DNA of 63,837 bases, filler included, from Reticulomyxa filosa (Eukaryota > Protista > Foraminifera): assembly GCA_000512085.1 (NCBI GenBank). It is 18 parts of 18 records of this genome, joined end to end, with 100 filler letters (N's around TTAATTAATTAA, not from the genome) between each part and the next. Parts side by side here need not be neighbours in the genome. Positions count along the whole stretch, not along the records: positions 10,562 to 31,730 come from ASPP01005307.1; 17 more parts are not named here. One strand, 5' to 3'. Made by a program: the position numbers and the translations under genes. This document shows positions 12,100-23,581 of the stretch, one piece after another (the first letter of the stretch is position 1; every line of letters starts with the position of its first letter). The notes under the pieces are model-generated. The model was given only the letters and a program-made list of their open reading frames with translations. It was not told where the DNA came from and did not search any database.

Positions 12100-12790
12100 A
12101 TATGAAATTATGTTGAATTTTAGACTTGAAATTGTATTTGAAAAATTGTCCGTTTGTTCTCTTTTCTTTGTATTCAAATGATATATCATCATTATCCAAT
12201 TTCCTTTTTCTATGTTTAGGTAATGACTTGCACATGTTTTTTCATTTAATATTCAAAGCAATCATACAATGAAATATGCAAAGTATTTTTAAATGATTCC
12301 ATGCCAGTTCTTGTATTAAATATTTATACACTGACTTTGAATTTTTTTTTGTCGCCCTCCCAGCTGTATCCACCAAAAATGAAATGATATCATTGACCAA
12401 ATATATATAAGAAATAAGTGATGCAATATCATCACAAATATGTATTGAGCCAAATTGGAAAGCGTTGTCATCTTCACTATATTCAATTGATAATCCTATC
12501 ACAAAGCAATATCATTTCATCATTTCTTGTCTAGATACAAAACTGTGACTTTGTTATCATTGTTACTACTCCAAACACTTACATGTTCCATAGTTAATGT
12601 ATGTTTATAATATCGGCCAAAACAGTAAAGTGGTTTTATTATTGTCTTTGTTTTTGTTATCCACAAATTTCACTACACAGCGCTCAAAGATTTTTTTGGA
12701 GTTAGTGAACTATGTAAGACACTTGAGCGCAAAGTGAAACAAACGATACGACGCACAATATGGAAGGATATTTAACTCAAAAATTTTTTT
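12100..12790 (-). pseudogene. Kelch-like family pseudogene with internal deletion
   Basis: CVVKFVDNKNKDNNKTTLL / KHTLTMEHVSVWS / GLSIEYSEDDNAFQF..ICDDIASL..SKSVYKY; the N-terminal motifs match the family member at 41291; frameshifts and stops. Confidence 0.7.
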
Positions 12791-13152
12791 GTTTTTTTAC
12801 TGTTGATATTAACAATATCAATTAATTCTCTAACTCTGCTAAATCCTTGCAATACTTTAACTATACGAGCAATAAACTTTTTTTGAAAATGCCACAATTT
12901 TATTAAAATTCTTTATTGATAACAGATAATGTGCGATTCTTGTATGAAAAAAGTAATGTAAGTTTAGAAAGACTTCTATTTAGTAAATTTGTTGTCTTAA
13001 TGTTCGGTGATAAATGTTTATGTTTTGTTCGAACACATCGCTTTTCGAGAAAGTGCAATTCAGTAAAAGTTGGTGCTATAAAAACTGTATACCCACTCTC
13101 AACTCGTTGCAACATCAACACTCAATGAAAAGTGAAGAGAAGATAACAAAGC

Positions 13153-14669
13153 TCATGGTTTTTTTCGCACAATAGGTGGAGCAACTAGTGGTGGAGCAAC
13201 AGAAAATTTGCTAGTGAATAAATTTGAGGGTATTTTGGATTGTGAAGGCGGAGGTGGTGGAGGTGGGGGAGGGAGATTGAGCAAATTCGGATATATGGAA
13301 GGAGCATTAACTGAAGGAACGTTTATTGGCGTATCGAAAGTAGTTGGAGTGCGAATATTATTTGTTTTGAGCGGCTGTGATTGTTGTTTATTATTAATGT
13401 GAGCATGGGGAGCTTCACCTTCACCCATGTTGATATAAAAAAAAGAAGCAAATTCATTGTCGGAATTGAGCGAAATATCAGGCTTGATGGTAACAGCAGT
13501 TTCATTGGAGGGATATGCACTACACACTTGAAAACAGGTCATCAAAGTATTCTTTCAACTCCAAAATGCCTTGGACACCAAGTATATGAATGGCACCATT
13601 TTTAAAAATATGAGCACTTCCTTTGGTATACGTACTGTGAATGTAACGAAGATATTCTGCAGAATACATTTCTGGATCCAAATCAGCATTGTCTGGACAC
13701 CCCCTTTCCAAGCCCTTTAAATCAATTCCGTGAGCTAACTTTGCTGTCCCACTCAAACCGGCAATCGTCACTTTTTTAACCACACTTTTTATATCTAATT
13801 CGACCTTAATGCATTTGCGAATTTTTGCGACTATTTTGCGAATGGCGACGATCCCTATATATTATATTTAATACATGTGATCAAATAAATTTGTCCGTCT
13901 TTGATAAGAAAAGAAAAATGAATGAGTTGTACACAAGACCAATAATCGAAGATTTCACTCCAATAACGGTGATGGTGCCAGTAGTGAAAATATTTCCAAT
14001 GACATTTGGATTTCGAATTTGTATTCGAATGACTACCATATCTTTTGGATTGAAAAATACATTGGGTAATTTCCGTGATAATTCGTGCAAGTTTAATGTC
14101 ATTCCTATATTTGTGGAAAGGTTCATTGCGGTTATTTTTGGAGGTTCTTTCCATTGACTTCCGAACTTGGACGGCGGAAGTTCGTTTATTACTTCATTGT
14201 TTGCCATGTATCCTTTCTGTGCTTTCATCGAACTGCTATTGTTATCGTTACGAAATATCTCTTCGGGAACTCCATTGAGATATAGTACCTTGTTCGTTTG
14301 TTGAGGTTGCTGCAGCTGTTTTACTTGCTTCGACTTATCAAAAGCAGGTGAAACTATCGGTGGAATAGACGGGATAGACTGGGGTGGATAAGGGTAAGAG
14401 CAACCATATGGATGCGTGGATTGGCATTTATTGACTTGATGACAAGAATAGTGATATCCATGAGAATAAACATTTGGATGGTATGCTGTATTTGAAACTA
14501 CTCTTTGTTTTTGCTGAGTGTCCGATAATTGCGCTTCGGATAATGTTCGTTTATTATTGGTAGTATAAATATTTTTTGGCAATGTCGAATCATTTTCTTG
14601 CTTTATGTTTTCACTCACTGGGTTTGAATGGATAGATTTTTCTACGTCCGATTCTTCGTCACTGTTCAT
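13153..14669 (-). CDS. Divergent TATA-binding-protein-like factor with low-complexity N-terminus and Pro-rich C-terminal extension
   Basis: Intron 13855-13939 joins two TBP repeats (LNLHELSRKLPNVFFNPKDM..IRNP..NIFTTG; IDLKGL..DPEMY..HIFKNG..ILG). As written it stops at 13520; removing one T at 13531-13534 restores LFQVCSAY and extends the frame to 13153. Confidence 0.8.
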
Positions 14670-15763
14670 TCACAATATATACAAGGCGAAATAGTTCTTC
14701 CTATCTCCACATCATTAACATAGTCTTTGTCTTACCTATCAAAGCCATATGCTGACATAATTCGAAGTTTGCAATGTGTTCCTTTTTTTGCTTGTCACTG
14801 CAACCCGAAACATATATAGTTTCAATGTTTAAAAATTTTACAATTTGGGTTAAATAAGAAATTTCATTGTAAAAAAAAATTTGATAAATATTAAGGTGTG
14901 GTGAATCCGATATGTGGAATCAGCGCGTTAACACAACATAGGTACGTCTTAAATTTGCAAAATAGCAAATGTTTCTTATATTAGTTTTTTTTTGGTAATA
15001 TGTCCTTGTCATGCCGTACCTAAGTGGGAAATAAATAATTGACAGCAAAAAAATAATAATAATAATTAACTATTACTAAATTTTTAAAAAAAAACGAGTC
15101 TTTAATCTTCATCAAAATTTTCAAAAAAATTAGCAATTTAGTAAAAACTAAATACATTTAATCTCTAGGATGTATTATTTTAAAAAATTTTGATAGTTTT
15201 TCATTCAAAATTTAAATGTTTACAGAGATTACACGCAATATTTTTCGATGTGACAATTTTTTGGATGTGCTGGATGTGTTGGGCTTTTACTTTGGATGAT
15301 AATCAAAAGGTAATTTGAGCAAACCAGAGTTCTTTTGATATTCAATACGAAAACTTAGCTCAGCGTATTCATTTTAGCGTATACAGGTTCTGTATCTAAG
15401 TAAATATGTTTCACGCTGGCAAATTATTGTAATTTTAATATTTGTTATTCAACTTTCCATTGATTTGCTCGTCCTAATTTCTTTTTTAACGGCAGACATA
15501 AACACATAAAAACTATTGGATTGTGTTTATTTTATAATAGTATTACAATCAGCTATTGTAAACCTTCTCTATTTACCATTCAGTCTGTAACAGTTCTGTT
15601 GTAAAAGCCAAATTGAAAAACATAAGTTAAATGACTATTCTCTCCTGAAGTGAAGCGTTTGCTAATGCATCTTGATTACATGATTTTGATTAAGAAGAGA
15701 AAAATTTAGATAGGGTTTGGTAAGTTGTTGTGATAACAACAATGAATATTTGAAAGAATTGAT

Positions 15764-16520
15764 TCAAGAAGTTTTTAATTTGTGAATTACTTCCTTTTTT
15801 TGGGGCGTTTTTTTGGCACTTCTTTCTTCCTTTTCTTGTCGTGCAATGAGCAAGAAAATATCAACCAAAACACCCAATAAAAGTCCCACGCATCCACAAA
15901 CAATATTCATACCCGGAGTATGTTGAAAAAAATGATGGGATAAATAATAAAATACAAAAAATGATCCCACTAAGACTATGATCAAATGCAAGGCTTGTGT
16001 GGACTCTTTGAACGCTTCTGCGAAATCCTTTCCCACATGTCCGGTGCCCGCTTTTGCATTATCCGCGTGATATGTGGTCAGTTTTTCATATTCACGTTGA
16101 TCCTGTTTTGAGCGAAGCTGAAGCAAATGTTCTTCAAATTGCAATTGTTCTTTGGATTTGCCGGCTTTTTCTTTAATAGATTTTGCAGTTGGAACACAGA
16201 AATCGCTTTCATGCAATAACTCGTGACAATAATACTTTTGCGTGGTCTGGTGCTCGTTTAATCTATAATTTTATGCAATAGTGATCTGTTCAATGTTTTA
16301 AAATGAATTGTCTTTTAGACTTCCTATTTTTGAAAGACGACTGTACTTACGTATTGGCAACGAGCGATACGTCTGATAAAGTGACGAATTCCTTGGTTTC
16401 TAGTGGTTTGATTAATGACCTCAAGTTTTCATTTTTTTCAGAAAGAAGCTCCATACATTTTGCGACTGCATTTTTGAACGCTGCAGACGGAACAAAGTTA
16501 AGTATATTTGGTGATGACAT
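15764..16520 (-). CDS. VMA12: V-ATPase assembly factor Vma12/TMEM199-like
   Basis: Intron 16263-16350. HELL..S, LLQLRSKQDQREYEKLT, two transmembrane helices, C-terminal KLKTS (KxKxx ER retrieval). Confidence 0.8.
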
Positions 16521-16738
16521 AATTAATTTTTTTCAAACAAAAAAACTCAAGAACCTTGCAACTTTTTTGGATAGTTTGTTCTTGTGTGAGAAAGTTGTGT
16601 GATTAATAAATTTTTTAAATTCTTCATTATTGTTATAGAAGTAGGCTCAAGTTTTCAAAAGTTGTACCGGAACAAGTGGCACAGGTCCCCCTTTAAATAA
16701 TAGTGCGACATTAAATTGCAAATCGATCAATTTTAAGT
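16521..16738. promoter_or_regulatory. Probable bidirectional promoter between VMA12-like and QTRT1
   Basis: Head-to-head ATGs separated by 218 bp. Confidence 0.5.
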
Positions 16739-18036
16739 ATGAGTGGGTTGGAATTTAAGGTATTGGGTAAAGCAACTTGCGCTCGACGAGGACAATTAAA
16801 AACAAGACACGGAGTAGTAGAGACTCCAGTGTTCATGCCGGTGGGTACGCAAGGAGCAATTAAAGGTGTAACATTTGAAGAAATGAACAAGATGGGATGT
16901 CAAATATTGTTATGTAACACTTATCATTTGGGTTTGAGACCAGATACAAAAGTCATTGATTCGCTGGGTGGGATCCATGATTTCAAAGGATGGGGTAATA
17001 ATGTGTTGACAGACAGTGGAGGATTTCAAATGGTATCACTGTTGGAATTAGCAGAAATTAATGAAGAGGGAGTGAAATTTCAAAGTCCAATGGACGGTAC
17101 AGAAATGATGTTGACACCAGAAAAGTCAATGGAATTGCAACATGAGATCGGAAGCGACATTATGATGGCGTTAGACGACGTAGTGCCAGCTATGTGCACT
17201 GACGAAAAGAGATTCGAAGAAGCGTGCTATCGCACTATTCGTTGGATTGATCGATGTATCAAAGCACACGAAGTCAAAGACTTAAAAAATAACGTTAGTT
17301 TTAGTCAAAAACAAATTTGTTTGGAATCGTCCAGGGTGGGCTAAACGCGAAATTGCGAAAGTACTGTTTAGAAGAAATGTGCAAGCGGGACAAATATTTG
17401 CCTGGTTATGCTATAGGTATGTTGTAATTAATATTTATAATCGATATATTTTTTTGTTTCGAAATGTAACTAATGCACTTTATGTCCTTCCCTTTGACAA
17501 AAAAAGGTGGACTATGTGGAGGCGAAGCCAAGAACGATTTTTGGAAAACAGTTTATCAATGCACACAAATATTGCCTCACAGCAAACCCAGATATGTGAT
17601 GGGTGTTGGATTCCCTTTGGATTTGGTTGTATGTGTTGCATTGGGTGCCGACATGTTTGATTGTGTTTACCCTTGTCGCACAGCACGCTTTGGAACTGCC
17701 TTGGTTCGCTCTGGAGAGCTGCACTTGAAATCAAGTCAATTCAAATTTGATTTTGCTCCTATTGATGACACGTGCACTTGCTCTACTTGTCTTCATTACA
17801 CCAGAGCCTATTTGCACACTGTTGCTACCAAAGAATCCACTGCAGCTTCGTTATTAACTGTTCATAATATATACTATCTACTAAATTTAATGAAACAAAT
17901 GCGCACTCATATTCAAAATGGATCTTTTCACTCTTTTGTCAAAGAGTTTATGCACAATATGTTCCCCAATGGACCAAAAACGTATCCTACTTGGTGTATT
18001 GCTGCTTTTCACACTGTAGGAATTGACTTCTCCTAA
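16739..18036 (+). CDS. QTRT1: Queuine tRNA-ribosyltransferase catalytic subunit (eukaryotic TGT)
   Basis: [65 protein letters not shown] zinc site. Intron 17417-17506; frame break near 17273-17315. Confidence 0.95.
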
Positions 18037-18197
18037 ATGTTATGCTGCTTCCTCTAAACTACTTGATAAACTACTTTTTCTTGGCAATATATTGCCGATA
18101 AAAATTTTTTTTAACTTATTAAAAGTTGCTTTATCATCGATTGCTTTCGGCTTACTGTTCAAAAGGGGGGCTATAACAAAAAGTACGTTTAAAAAAA

Positions 18198-18949
18198 TGA
18201 GTATTTCTAAAAGGCACACCCAGCAACGAAAGAACCTTCCTTATCATGAGATTCAATCACGAAGACTATGTCTGCTGCATGCAGTCAATGCAATACTTGG
18301 AAACAGTGTTTACAGCAAGAAAGACCTAGATTCTTTTTGCAAAGAAATGGATGCAAGTTTTTTGAACAGACACCACTCATGGCTGTTAAGTACGAAAAAA
18401 TTGTGGACAATATTTTGTATGCGGTATATTGATGTCAAATAGTGGCGACGGTAACTATGATGCCAATGTATTAATGATGGCGTTGGAAAAAAAAACTATA
18501 TGGTGGAGTGGTTTGATGCTCGCAAAAGTTCTTTTATATTTTTTCTAAGAAATTTTGGAGTGTCTCAAATTAATTATTACCAAAAAATATATATGTGTGA
18601 ATGTGATAATCAAAAAATTTGAATAGTTGATACATTTGATTTGAAAGATATAACAAAGAGCGATTTTGCAGGGTTTGTATTAAATATCCCCCGCAAAAAA
18701 TTTCACTTTTTTGAAGGAAGACATTGGTTGACTGTCAAAAATGTTGAGGACAAATGGTGGAACTTGGATTCTTCCAAAAAGGTACCTGAAGAAATGGACT
18801 CTGAAAAAGCAACGAAGTTCATTTGTGAATGGATTCACAAGCGGGGGGAATTGATGATCATTCGAAAAGTGCAACAGTCGGTAACTTCGTCTGACACTTT
18901 GAATAGAAGCGAAACATTAACAAGTGAAACAATTGAGGAAAAGAAGTAA
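18198..18949 (+). CDS. Josephin-domain deubiquitinase (JOSD1/2-like)
   Basis: YHEIQSRRLCLLHAVNAIL, GNYDANVLMMAL, RHW, WWNLDS (Cys-His-Asp triad). Introns about 18390-18442 and 18528-18647; A-run shifts. Confidence 0.88.
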
Positions 18950-19660
18950 GTATACTGGAGGAAAAAAAGGGAAAAAATGCTTCGGGGCTTTTTTGTTTTA
19001 ACAAGTTGCTAAACAATCTTAATTACTGTCAGGTCCTTCTCGTAATATGTAGAAATGACGATGTTACACTTAAAAAATATTGTCATTAACGTGCTTGAAT
19101 CATCGCACATATATCTATTATTTCCTGTAACAAATGAATTAGTACCGCAAAATGGTCATTGCAAAAAAATCTTGATTATATTAGTTTATCATGGCTCCAC
19201 ATTTTCACAGGTTGCTTTTGATTGTTTTCAAAATACAAAGCAAAGAAGCAAACGCGCACAAAAGAACATAATTTTCAACGAAGACAAATAAATGACAGAA
19301 AGCAAAAAAGAAGAAACAAACACCAAACTGTCCCCAAAGAAAGCATAAACAACAAACATACACAAAGAAGAAGGAAAAAATAAAACATAATAAAAATAAA
19401 AAAATAATTTGAATTATGGATTTTTTCCTTTTTTATGTTTACGAAGATTAAGATTGCACACAAATAGGTCACAAAATAGATCTGAGAATACGAAAACATT
19501 ATAAAAGTCACATAAATAAAAGAAATTTGTGCAATCGTTTTCGGAGTATCAATCAAAACATCAACTGTGAAAGAGAGAAAGTTTAAAAAGTAATAATTTC
19601 CTTTCACTTTGTGCACTCGCAAAAAAACAAAAAAATGTGTACAGAAAAGGGGTTTACTTA

Positions 19661-20782
19661 TCAAAAAAGACTGCCAGCTGTCCTTGCATCAGTAACAGTC
19701 GATAGAGTAAGCGTTTTGCTGTGCTCTGGTTCGCTAACGTAACTGACCAATATGGACTCGTCACCATAAATGATACCATTTGTAGGTTCGTGAGCAGACA
19801 TTTGAGATTCAAGATGTGGAGTTTTGTCGTCCAATTCGAATGGGCTGTTACTACCAGAATATTGCTGTTGCAGACTGAGATCATTGTCTTCCTCATTATT
19901 TTGAAAAGACAAATTCACATCAAATTCGTTATTGTTTTCATTTATCGTAATATTGGAAAATTTTTTGTTGATTTGAATTGAGGTTATCCCTGCTTTTTCT
20001 TCTTCATCGGTTTCTCCTTCCTCTTCATTTTCTTCTTTTTGATCATTATTGTATTTATTCTCTTTGTCGGAAATGAACTCACTTTTGAAATTGATAAAAG
20101 GTGGTGGTGGAGTTTTTTCCTTTTTTGGCGCGACTGTTGTCACTGTCTCATTTGTGTCCAATGTCTTGGCGGTATTGCTGTTGTTTTCCGGTAACGATGG
20201 CCGTTGGGCTTGCGTTGTCTTCACTTTTGCATTTGCTCCCTCTGGCGAAGACCCTTTCGTTCCTTTTTTTTCGACCCCCTTTCTTATTCTTTTTTTCTTA
20301 CTTTTTTGTGATTCAAGAGAGAGAAAAGTCGAATTTTCTCCATTCTCATCCCAATCCCCTCTTGAATTAGTCTCCTTTTTCGTATCCCTACATTCTGACT
20401 CCGTTGTTTCAGTTGCACATGATAATGACTCATTTTTAGATTCCATGTCCGATTCTTTTTTTTTTTGCATATACACATACACATATGGCGTCTTTATGTT
20501 TATAAAAATACACAAATGACTCATGTGGAAGCGTCAAATCATAGCTGATTCTATCACTTTTGAGCTTTTTACTGTGCCAAATGTTTGACTTTTCATTGCA
20601 TGTCGACAGACACTTTTCTTTGTTATTTTCGCTTCCTCTGCTTCTCCATCTTTATTTGGCTTACAAAGGAAAACAAGGTAAAAAAAGTATTGAAAAAGAT
20701 GATCACCTGTGTGACGTGATTTATTATCTCCAGCAATGGTTCCTCCGTTCAAGGTAGTACAAGGTGAACAGGTTGCACCCAT
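19661..20782 (-). CDS. Low-complexity acidic protein with N-terminal MGATCSPC lipidation-type motif
   Basis: Long biased ORF; probable introns 20650-20706 and about 20456-20521; one apparent frameshift. Confidence 0.55.
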
Positions 20783-21042
20783 TTCAATATTCTTTGTTGG
20801 GGCAAAAATTCCAAATTATAGATTTATAACAAAATTTTACCGGGTCTTTTTCTTTCCCCGTTTTTAGCATAAAAAAAATTTAGAATTATCATTAAATCGT
20901 TAATGATATAACTTTCCTTTATGATAGATATTTTAGTAAACAAAATTGTAGAATGGGTTGATCTTGAGCAGAGCGAGCAAACAAAAGAAGGAACTCGATA
21001 AAAAGGTTCAAGTCGAAATATTGATTTGACGTGTAATATAGT

Positions 21043-22399
21043 ATGAAATATCAGCCGAAATATTATTTATGTTTGTTAATTTGGATATTATTTATTGTAT
21101 CGTACCAACTTCTTTCTTCAAAACTACAAAAATTCGAGATCCAAAGCAGTGTAACTCTTGCATTACCAGCATGGCTGACGTCTGAGATTTTGGTATTTGA
21201 ATATCCAGGACAATGGAATACAAGCCGAAATGGGAGTACGCTGGTGCAATTGTTATTATTTTCCCGAATTCCAAAATGCGGGACAACCATGCTGAGTGAG
21301 TCAATAAATGACTTGGGTCAGCTGCATGTGGAATACATTTTGCCACACTTTAACTCGGTGCATTATCCCAACGCGCATCCAAAGGAGCGCTATGATCAAG
21401 GCTGTGACAACGCTGCACAATTCAAACAATTTGTAAAAGACGCATTGGACAGAATTGAAGAAAGTTTGTCTGCAAATAAAAAAGTCGAAAAAACCTTGCA
21501 CATGTTGACATTTCACAAGCCAATACATAGTCTCAACGAAACGATGCGTTTAATTCACGAGCTTCATGCAAATCATAAGCTTCAGTTTCAATCCAAACTT
21601 GTGTACATTACTATGGTACGTAATCCTGTCAAACGTTTGATAAGTGTATTTTATTATTTAAGGGGGTTAAGTGAACTTTTTTTCCTTTCTTGATGAACAC
21701 GACTTATTATTTTTTTGTTCCATCCCTCTTGTTCGATAAGGCAGTTACAATGCTGGCTCAATTGGAGGTTCCAATACATATCGAATAACTAATTCGCATT
21801 TGATTAAGGAGACTCTTGCGATAACACATAATCTTACCATCGAGCAATGCATTCAAATGCAATATGATACAATTTTTCATCAGAACAAAGAAAATCCTTG
21901 CTTTTTGTCACGCAATTATCTGACCAAATGGTTTTGCGATGAATCGCAATGTAAAAAGCATTTTGATCTCATCAACAGCAATAATGACTTGATCTTGGAA
22001 GGTGCATGGAAAAATATTGATCGACTTTATACATTTGTCGGAGTGCTGGAATACTGGGACGCGTCCTTATTGTGGCTTTGGTACAAATTTGGTGAAACCT
22101 TTCTATTTGATAAGGAAGAGAGGAAAAACAATCGCAAATATCACACGTGGATTGATTTTGACAAACACGACATTGAAAAAGTAAGCCGTTATGTTTTAGG
22201 ATCTGTTGGCACTCAAACATTGGAATCAAGTGACAAGTCTACCTACCCTGCGCTTAATATGAAGTATCGTGCAATGTTGGAAGAAATGAATGCACTGGAT
22301 ATGAAACTGTACAATGGCATTGTCGAAAAATTTAAAACATACATTGAACCTCAAATGCAACCTTATATACAAAAATACTACAACAAATTCAAACAATGA
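21043..22399 (+). CDS. Golgi type II membrane sulfotransferase (Sulfotransfer_2 / HS2ST-like)
   Basis: N-terminal transmembrane helix; 5'-PSB motif RIPKCGTT; 3'-PB motif ITMVRNPVKRLISVFYYLR; FVGVLEY. Intron about 21671-21740. Confidence 0.85.
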
Positions 22400-23581
22400 A
22401 ATCAGCTTTTACTTTTTTATGGTAAACATTTTGACTTTTCTTAAACAATTTCAGGGAAAAAACTCATTGTATTCTGATTGTATCAACAGTAATAAAAAAC
22501 CATTAGAATTCAACATCACACCTCCTTTTCTTAACGGTGTATGTGTATCGATTGATCAAGAGAGAGAAGACTGAAACATGAGAAAATGCATTTACTTGAA
22601 AAAAGTGAATGAGATTAACTCATCATACTGTCACTTGAGCTTAACTGCTGACAGCTCCTTTAAAAAACTTAAAAATGTGATAAAGCATCCATACGTTTGC
22701 ATGGTTGTGCATATAAATATTTGTTGCAAAAATATATCAAGAATGGATGCCTTTTCCAAAATTGTTCTTCAATGATAAACTAACTTGTTCATTGCTATCA
22801 TCTTCACTGTCGTGACCAGAATCATTAGTCATTTGCTTCTCAACTAATACTGTGCGCAATCTGTATTGAAAGTCAGGTGTATGCTATTACGTGAACCTAT
22901 TATGGCGTGCTTCCATTATTCTGAAAATCTTTGAATCTTGCTTTCATTTCTTGATACAGCTTGAGCTCCTGGTTCGTTTTCCTTCACTGACCCGGAAGAG
23001 TAGTAATGATAACGGCCAATACAGTCAAGGAAAGATAGGTCCCATATTCTACAATTCAACAGCCACAACGTGCGTCTGAATATTTTTCCGGCTCCCTTTT
23101 TTGTTGGTCTACTAGTACACTTTGCGTTGTTGTTTGAAGTTTAAACATCTGCGTTGATTATAATCCTGCAAAACTTGAAATTAAACTCATTCAGTTCTTC
23201 TTTTTTTTAGGCACGAACTTAACGAGTCAGACTTAAAAAATGTTTGTATTACTGTACACGGCTAAATCATTCTTTTCCTGAAGGAATTTTATATCTTGCG
23301 TTCTGGGATAATGGATATATGAAATATACTTTCTGAAAATTAATTTGTCCACATAAACATGCTGTGTTATCTACAAACATAGTTATTTTCCAAATGGTGC
23401 AAAACTGCACATTAGCTAGCAGCTAGCCATTTGGTGCATTTAATGATGTGCATAATTTGTACCAATTAAACAGAGAATTAAAGGGAAAAAGAGTGAAAGT
23501 AACGAGGAACAAAGAAGATAGAGTGAGGTTTCGTTTTTTTTGTTGGACCTGCGCTTATCTATCAACAAACAAATTGATATC

